Positions 56,367 through 64,000 of a stretch of 64,000 bases of DNA are shown one piece after another. The position numbers and the translations under genes are program-made. This DNA is from Amoebidium appalachense (lineage: Eukaryota; Protista; Ichthyosporea), in NCBI GenBank assembly GCA_963693365.1, contig CAVNZM010000015.1:2294001-2358000 (forward strand). The letters run 5' to 3'. Positions within the stretch are counted from its first letter, which is position 1; each line of letters opens with the position of its first letter. The notes under the pieces were generated by a model. It ran no database searches and had not been told where the DNA came from. It worked only from the letters and a program-made list of their open reading frames with translations.

Positions 56367-56705
56367 TAGCTGGATGAGCGAGTGCTCTCCAGGTGGCCTG
56401 CAGTGAAGTTTTGGTTAGCTGGTGGGCATGTATGCCTAGATTTAGGCAATGCTATCTCACCCGGTCATGGGTGAACTCTTGGTGCAGTCGTATCATGGTG
56501 TGTAGCAGAAAGGTTTTTTTTCTGCCGTCCTTCCCATAGCTGGATGAGCGAGTGCTCTCCAGGTGGCCTGCAGTGAAGTTTTGGTTAGCTGGTGGGCATG
56601 TATGCCTAGATTTAGGCAATGCTATCTCACCTGTCATGGGTGAACTCTTGGTGCAGTCGTATCTTGGTGTGTAGCAGAAGGGTTTTTTTTCTGCCGTCCT
56701 TCCCA
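56367..56705. repeat. ~170-bp tandem duplication of an exon-intron-exon segment in the transposase gene
   Basis: 56367-56536 and 56537-56705 are near-identical (TAGCTGGATGAGCGAG...CTGCCGTCCTTCCCA). Confidence 0.93.
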
Positions 56706-57576
56706 AAAGTCTTGTAGGCAGTGTAGAGGTCCATGAGGTTTTTGGCATGGGGTTTGCTGACAACGAAATTAGGGGGAGTGCCCTTGCTTTTGCCGTGCTG
56801 CTGAGGCATCGTCACCTTGCCGAGCTCCTTGTTCTGGAACACCAACTCTTTGGTGAGAAACTCACCCCCCCCCCCCCCCCCCCCAATCCGCCTTTCACCC
56901 CACAAATGCATGCTCGTGTTCTATGGAGTTCTTAGTCCGTGTTGGATTTCATGTTTTTATTATCGCATTCTGCCCCCCTCTCCCCCAGGTCCTTTGTGTT
57001 GGCGCGTGATTCCACCCCCACCTACTCTCTTCGTTTGTTTGTGCACTGGGTCAGGGGCGTCTCTGTTCCATTTTTTGCTTTTATTAAACCACAATATTCC
57101 AGTAATTTCTACAAGCATCTACCTACCAATTTATCGTCGAGGACCATGCTTTCGTCACTTGTGCGTATTCCGTTAATCCATAGCAGATGCTCGGGTGGGC
57201 AATCAGGTGATATTGTGTCCAGGAGACTTTGCATTGTGACGGGCTTGTCCGAGACAAACACACGTAGAGGCTTCTTTCTGCGAGCATCTTCTTTGGTAAT
57301 CCCGCAACAGGGGCAGAACTTGCTGTAGGAAAGCACGTTATATCATTGTGTGAAGTGGTGAACGACACAGACAAAAAAAAGGAGTACGTACCTGGTATTC
57401 ACACCCAAATCTTTGCACCTGCAGATGCCCAAGAAGTTCCACTGACTAAGCAGGTCCCCCCCCAACACAGTGACGACCTTGATGACTGCTTTGCCTGGCA
57501 CCACAATGGGCTTGTCGTTCTCGAGGTCCAACAGCTCCTTGAGCAGCCCGGTGTCAAGCAGCCCCCTCTTCATGTT

Positions 57577-57711
57577 CTGATGACGTTGAGGTCAGTTTTG
57601 TATTCCCCCCCCCCCCCCACACACACACACACACACACACACAATCTCTCTCTCCCCGTGTCACCATTTATACTCATGCACACGTGTTCACTCACCCACT
57701 CAATTACCTAC

Positions 57712-57761
<50 letters not shown>

Positions 57762-57919
57762 CACACACATACACACACACCTGATGACGTTGAGGTCAGT
57801 TTTGTATTCTCCCCCCCCCCCCCCCTCCCCCCCCGCCCCCCACACACACAATGTCTCTCTCCCGGTGTCACCATTTATACTCATGCACACGCATTCATTC
57901 ACCCACTCAATCACCTACG

Positions 57920-57990
<71 letters not shown>
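57577..57990. repeat. ~204-bp tandem duplication of an intron 3' end in the transposase gene
   Basis: CTGATGACGTTGAGGTCAGTTTTGTATTC and the following sequence recur at ~57577 and 57781. Confidence 0.88.
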
Positions 57991-57992
<2 letters not shown>

Positions 57993-58755
57993 TAGGCATT
58001 ACGTACTGTATGATCGTCGTCACCTTTCCAATAAGCAAAGGGGTAGCAGTCCCTTGAACTCTTGGTGTTGTACAGGCCCTTGATAATAAATCTGTGTGGT
58101 TACAAGAGCTGTTAGTATGACACTTATAAAATTTATATCAATCCTGGATTAGCATTATACACACCTGAGAATGGCTGAGGCGTACTTGCGTTTTGCATCT
58201 TTGTTGACTCGATGCCCGTCAATGCGGAGCACAGCCTCGATGATGTATACCGGTAGACCATCAATGAGTTGGTCGATCTGCATGTGAAGGATGGCGCAAA
58301 TGAGTAGATTGTTGGTGTGCAAGTATATCATAGTTTGTTTTACAGAACTGACCTTGTATGCGGGGGCAAACACCTTCTCGTCAAAGTAGCTGTTCAGCGC
58401 CGCGTTGGCAATGCCATCTGCCGAGATGTAGCCCCCGATGGCCGTGTCATTGTCAACTGAACAGTCGTCCTTGATTTCCCCGAGCCCAGAGGACATCACC
58501 ACCGTCATCATGTTCAGGAGATTCTGGTATGCCTCACCTGTTTTGCATTGCGTTAGCCTCTTGTCCCTCTCCCCTCTTCCCCCCCCCCCCCCCCCCCCCC
58601 TCCTCCCCCCTCCCCCTCCCCGTGGTGCCCGCCCGCCTGCCCGACCGCCCCGCACACACACACAAACACCACCGCCCCGCACACACACACACACACCACA
58701 CCGCCACTGCCACTGCCACCGTTCCCTTGAGCCCCCCTTCTCCTGTACGTTTACC

Positions 58756-58869
<114 letters not shown>

Positions 58870-58936
58870 GCACACATGCACATGCACATGCACACAGACA
58901 CACATACAAACACACACATACATATAGACACACACA

Positions 58937-59007
<71 letters not shown>

Positions 59008-59949
59008 ACACACACCCACACACACACACACACAAATAAATCACACACACCACCACCGCGACAATCCCCTTGCGTACCCCTTCTCCTGTACGTTCGTTCT
59101 AACCCCCCCCACACACACACACCAACACACACACCCACACAACACTCACTAGCACTCTTGCCTGAAAACATTTTTATATGTTTCTAAATTACTGTGGCCG
59201 TCTGATATATAAATGCTTATGTGTTTTAGAATGCATGCACATGGGTTTGGTTAGAATGTCTGAAGAAACTGTGAATGGGTTGCTGTGGGCCTTACATATT
59301 CTCCATCTTAAGGGCACTGTTCCTTCGGGTAGTATCTCACGGATGAAATCGGTCTGGCCATAAGTGATTGAACCAACATACACCAATTCGGCCCACTTGT
59401 AGGGATCACCGACTTCCTTCTTGACGTAGTCAAGATGGTCGGTGAACCACCATTGTATCACGACATTCCGGTCTTCCTCAGCAATCGATTTGAGCATGGC
59501 CGTCATAAGCCGGAGCATTCTGAGGTCCTTGTCGGTTTTCGTTCCTAACCAACTTAATCTCATCTTATCTATCTGTTCCTGCAGTTTTGCTAGATCTCTT
59601 CGTGTCTGTTTCTTGATCGATTCCGGCTTAGTTTTTTTTATCCCCCCGTTGTTAGGAATAATGTCACCGTCTGGATTGTCCTCGTCTGGAAAAACAGTTT
59701 CATGCATTTAGAAATGACTCAACAGGGTGTAAATTGTTCATACACACAAAAATGACTCTCCCTCCCTCTCTCTCCCCCCTCCCTTTCTCTCTCTCTCCCT
59801 CCCCTCCCCCCCCCCCCCCCCCCCCGACAACAGGGTATTAGTGGTGGTTTTCTCCTATTTGTTTCTTTCTTTCTTTCTTTTTTTTTTTTCTTTTTTTTGT
59901 GGTTTGTTTGTTTGTTTTTTTTTGTTTTTTTTTTTGTTCGAAGGTGCCC

Positions 59950-59984
<35 letters not shown>

Positions 59985-61082
59985 GTTCGTGCTTGGACAC
60001 GTACCCGAGCTTGCATTTGCCGAGTACCTTTGCCCTGACCTTGTTTGGCCAGATCCCGGTGCACCTGTCACCAAGATATGTATTTCGTAAGTTCTTCTAT
60101 ATATGGATTTAAAAGTTTGTGTTGCTTGCCAATGGTTGGCAGGTCCAGCCCGGCACACTATTCACGCTGTAGAGGAATCAGTGTACAGAAAACTAAGATG
60201 GAATAAAAGAAGCGCCACCTTACATTCAAATCCGGAGGACTGATGTTTTTAGAAGACCAGTGCACTTGTATGTGTGCGTACTTTGTTGTGTATGTACTTG
60301 CATAGATCTGTTTATGACCATTCATGTAAGTAAGGATGCATGGCATGCTCATGTTTAGTAGAACGTGTGCATATGATATACCTTGAGCATGATTAGCATT
60401 GCGTTGGGGGGTCTGTTGGCCATCAGGGTCGATGCCTCCGTCTGCACGACCCCCCTCGCTGTTTAGGCGACGGCGCGGGGTATGCGGTCGCGCAGCTCTA
60501 GTAGGGTTTTCCCTGCTCCCGGCTCGCCTGAGGTTGGTAACCGGCCGCTCCACATCAGAAGATGCAGCGGCGGCGGCGTCACGGTGTCCTTGACTGTGAA
60601 GAGGGCTGCCATCCTCATTGCGGACATTGTCCGGGGCGTTTCCGTTTTTTTTCTCGGAATACGCTAGATAGCATTCAAAACGCAAATGTTGGTCGTCACG
60701 GAGGTCAAAGCACGGGGTGTACGGTTTACTTAGGTCATCTTGCCATGTTTTCCTAGTGAAACTTATGGCACCGTTGGAGCCCAATGTGTGGTGACCCTCC
60801 AACCAACCGCCAAATTTCCATTTAGAAGAAACCACGAGCTTGCCATTATCAACAGCGCTCTTAACTGTCTGAGAGGCCGTTTTCCTCACTAAATTTTTTT
60901 GTGCATTGCTCAATGATTTAGCAGCGCTGCGGACGGGCAACTTGGCCGTCGGCAGCTTGTTGTTTGCCATGTTCAAGGCATGTTTTAGGAAAAGCACAAA
61001 CAGGGCGAGGTACACCTTATGCAGATGCATCTGGTAAAAAAACAGGAGAAGTACCCGTTTGGGGTGTCTCATCAGCAAACTT

Positions 61083-62005
61083 CCCGGAAGTATTGCCAAC
61101 GTATTTTTTGCTATTGGGGCTATTGGCGATATTGGCAATAGAACCCCTTGCCGCCAATAGGAACACCATATTGCAATAATATTGCTTTGGTATTGTCAAT
61201 GGTAATACAGTACCAATACCCCCTATTGTCGATATCCCGCTGATATGAATATATTATCCAGTATATGTTACATCAATATCGCCAATACTATTAGAGTGTC
61301 ATTACATTACCATTGCATTACTATTACGCTAGCATTATAGACGTATTGCCAATATCAATTATACCCGGGCGATATTACAATAACAACCAAATAATATCAC
61401 AAATACAGATAATGATATGGATAATACTGTATTTTCGCATTGTAGTTGCACTATGAACGCATTATTAATGTATTGCCAATATGTAATTCATAGAAATACA
61501 AAGATTTAAATATCAAGAAACATATAAACAATGTATTGCCAACATATGATCCAACTACAATCAATATATAAATGCGGTATCGCCGATAGGTTGCTTTAAT
61601 ATCGTGAGTATATTGATGACATAAACAGAGGTATGATTAATACACTCCCAACACATTACAAATAAGGAATATGTAAGTATGTTCCATATCAAGCATATAT
61701 TGCCAACATACGAATGATACCACCACCATAAAGATATAAGTGTTGATAATGCATTGCATATATATTATAAATATCACACTATATTATTCAAATACATTGC
61801 CAATAAATTGATAATGGGAACGAATGCATGCAAAGTACAGTATAAGTGCGCTTATAACATGAAAGGCATATCGGACGAACATTGCCAATGTATTAATAAT
61901 AACTTTATTGACACCTCAATCACATGCTCAATATATTGGCAATATGCACACGGTACGGTAAGCACAGCCCCATGATCATTGTCAATGTATTGCCAATGTA
62001 TTGCA
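61083..62005. repeat. AT-rich region densely seeded with TATTGCCAA(T/C)-like motifs in both orientations; possible transposon subterminal region
   Basis: More than 12 copies occur (e.g. 61091, 61129, 61344, 61471, 61534, 61698, 61796, 61880, 61934, 61988), and similar motifs reappear at ~63940-63985. Confidence 0.7.
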
Positions 62006-62244
62006 CATGTCGTCATCCATACGTGTTCCGTATGGTCACTTTATTAACTTCGGTTGGATATACCACATTATATTGAGGACCACACCTGGTGGCCCTCCCC
62101 CCCCCCCCCCCTCCCCCCCCCGGCCCAACCCCCCCCCTCCCCCCCCCTCCCCCCCGGCCCTCCCCCCCCGGCCCTCCCCCCCCCCCCCCCCCCCCCGGGC
62201 CCCACCCCCTTTTCCCACAGGCTCAACCGGCCATGTATACACCG

Positions 62245-62275
<31 letters not shown>

Positions 62276-62415
62276 ACCCAAAATCAAAGAAAAAAATCCA
62301 CCCCTAAAACCTCCCCCCCCCCCCCCCCCCCCAAAAAAAAAAAAAAAAAAAACTTTTAGGGCTCGTCAATGTTGCAGGCGGCATGGGACTTGTCGATGTT
62401 GCAGGCATGGCCGTC

Positions 62416-63783
62416 TCAGTGCTCGTGCTCGGTATTGGCGGCGAGGGGAGACTTAGGAGCGGGGGGGGGCTCTGGAGCGTGGGGGGACTTTTGGGCGTTG
62501 ATCTCTGAGTCTTGTTGCTCAGCCTCGGCCTCCTCGAGCCTTGCCTCCTCCTGGGCCTTGAAAGTCTTCCAGTTGTTGATGGCCTGAGGACACACGTATT
62601 AGAATGAATGTAACAAGAGTTCTGCAGACAAAGACATGTGCCAAGTGGCAAGTGCAAATGGAGCATAATTTAACTGAAATAATAATATGCAAACGTGCTC
62701 CCCATCTTCTGGCAAGAAAGCTATAAAATGTGGAAGTATCATGTTCATGTTCAAGGGGTTGGGAGGAGGGAGGGGGGGGGGGGGGGGGGTTCCCTACCGC
62801 TTCAAAAGACCTCGGGTTCGCCAGCCCGTGCCAGTCCTTCGGGATGCCTCCCTCCTTGGAGAAGGGTGACCAGACAGGCAAGCCATTTTCAGCTTGTGCC
62901 GCAGTGCGGTCGCTCAGACAGGCCTCGATGATGTAGATGATGAAGCGCACAAATTGGGGCGAGTCCTTCAGCACGTCCTGCATCATTGAGAAATCAGCAG
63001 TTAGCTATGATCATGTGGATTGGGCTTGGGTTAATCTATGTACATCAAGGACCATTAACTTAGTAAAAGGAAAATGAACTCATAGACAGCAAACGCAATT
63101 GAAACAAACGAAATAACTAGAAAAGAAAGTGATTCCATACACACATGCCCAAAAGGGCTATTATGGGAAGGGATAAGGGTGTGTGTGTGTGTGTGGGGGG
63201 GAGGGGGGGGGGGGGGAGGGGGGTGGACTTACGTCAATGGTCTCGAAGGTGATGTCCATGTCGTTGGCGCGGTTTCGCACTTCATCCAAGGCCAATAGCA
63301 GGTCGAGGAGCGCTGGGTTCCCAAAAGGGTGGCCGGTCTCTGGGTCGCGGAAAGCCCTGCTGCCACCTGACATGCCTGGGGCAAGGTCGATGATATCCAT
63401 GAGGCTCTGCCAGAACGCCCACCGGGACGTGAACTCCCCGGGGACATCCCTGTCCAAGATCTGCAAGAAGAGATGTGCATGTCAGTGATGAGTGCTGAAG
63501 AAGGAATGTACAAACAGATTCAGAATAACTTGTCAACGGTAAAAGGTGTTCAATGCCTAACAAACAGCTACTACTAGCATAGTATCATGGGCACATTCAT
63601 TTTTGTCCTACACTCTGACTATAAAACTCTACATTGCAGGCAGTGTTTGGGGTTTGAACACACAAGCAACCAGGGTTTAGGAAGCTTACCCTGACGTTTC
63701 CTGGAAGCACACTGAACATGGGCATTTGCCGCCGGACAGACTTGACGACGTTGTGCTTGGCCTGTGACATGGCCCTGCTGAAC
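62416..63783 (-). CDS. 3' part of a multi-exon gene of unknown function; 5' end lies beyond the window
   Basis: Codon-biased exons with GT-AG boundaries read FSRAMSQAKHNVVKSVRRQMPMFSVLPGNVR | ILDRDVPGEFTSRWAFW...DITFETID | QDVLKDSPQFVRFIIYIIEAC...RSFEA | AINNWKTFKAQEE... No family was recognised. Confidence 0.55.
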
Positions 63784-64000
63784 CTGCCATGTTTGGGTGG
63801 AGGGTGTTAATATCGTTATATAAAAAAGTCAACAAGATAACCAAACATTTTAATGTAAACCTATGGATAGTTGTCCCACACTACTTGCAAGAAGTAAAGT
63901 ATGTCGACGACAATATCACTCACTAGAAACATATGAACAATACAATGCCAATATCATTTACATATCGAAGACATGTTGGCAATACTATTTCGATACAATG

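Noticed and set aside
61449-61455. CACTATG, resembling the ProtoRAG TIR heptamer
   Set aside because: It points away from the transposase and has no partner TIR, nonamer or TSD.

Overview
This is eukaryotic genomic DNA with intron-rich, GC3-rich genes, many short CTGAC/CTAAC-branch introns, long poly-G/C runs and (CA)n tracts. The gene set and style suggest a unicellular opisthokont, possibly an ichthyosporean such as Amoebidium (inference only). Exons were joined by hand, so gene boundaries are approximate. Host genes in order: glomulin-like (+, 5' partial), TMEM18 (-), type III glutamine synthetase (+), YIPF1/2 (-), an intronless orphan (-), THOC2 (-), RPP38 (+) and NSUN6 (-). Mobile DNA includes a 419-bp hAT-type MITE with an 8-bp TSD and a Helitron helicase remnant. 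Highlight 1: a spliced RAG1/Transib-like DDE transposase gene (~54-61 kb) lies tail-to-tail with a BAH-domain gene, which recalls the RAG1-RAG2/ProtoRAG layout but with a different predicted chromatin reader. Its catalytic Glu position is Lys and no TIRs were found. Highlight 2: a U12-type AT-AC intron interrupts a conserved motif of the GSIII gene. Highlight 3: glomulin and TMEM18 converge so that their stop codons overlap in a single CTAG palindrome.
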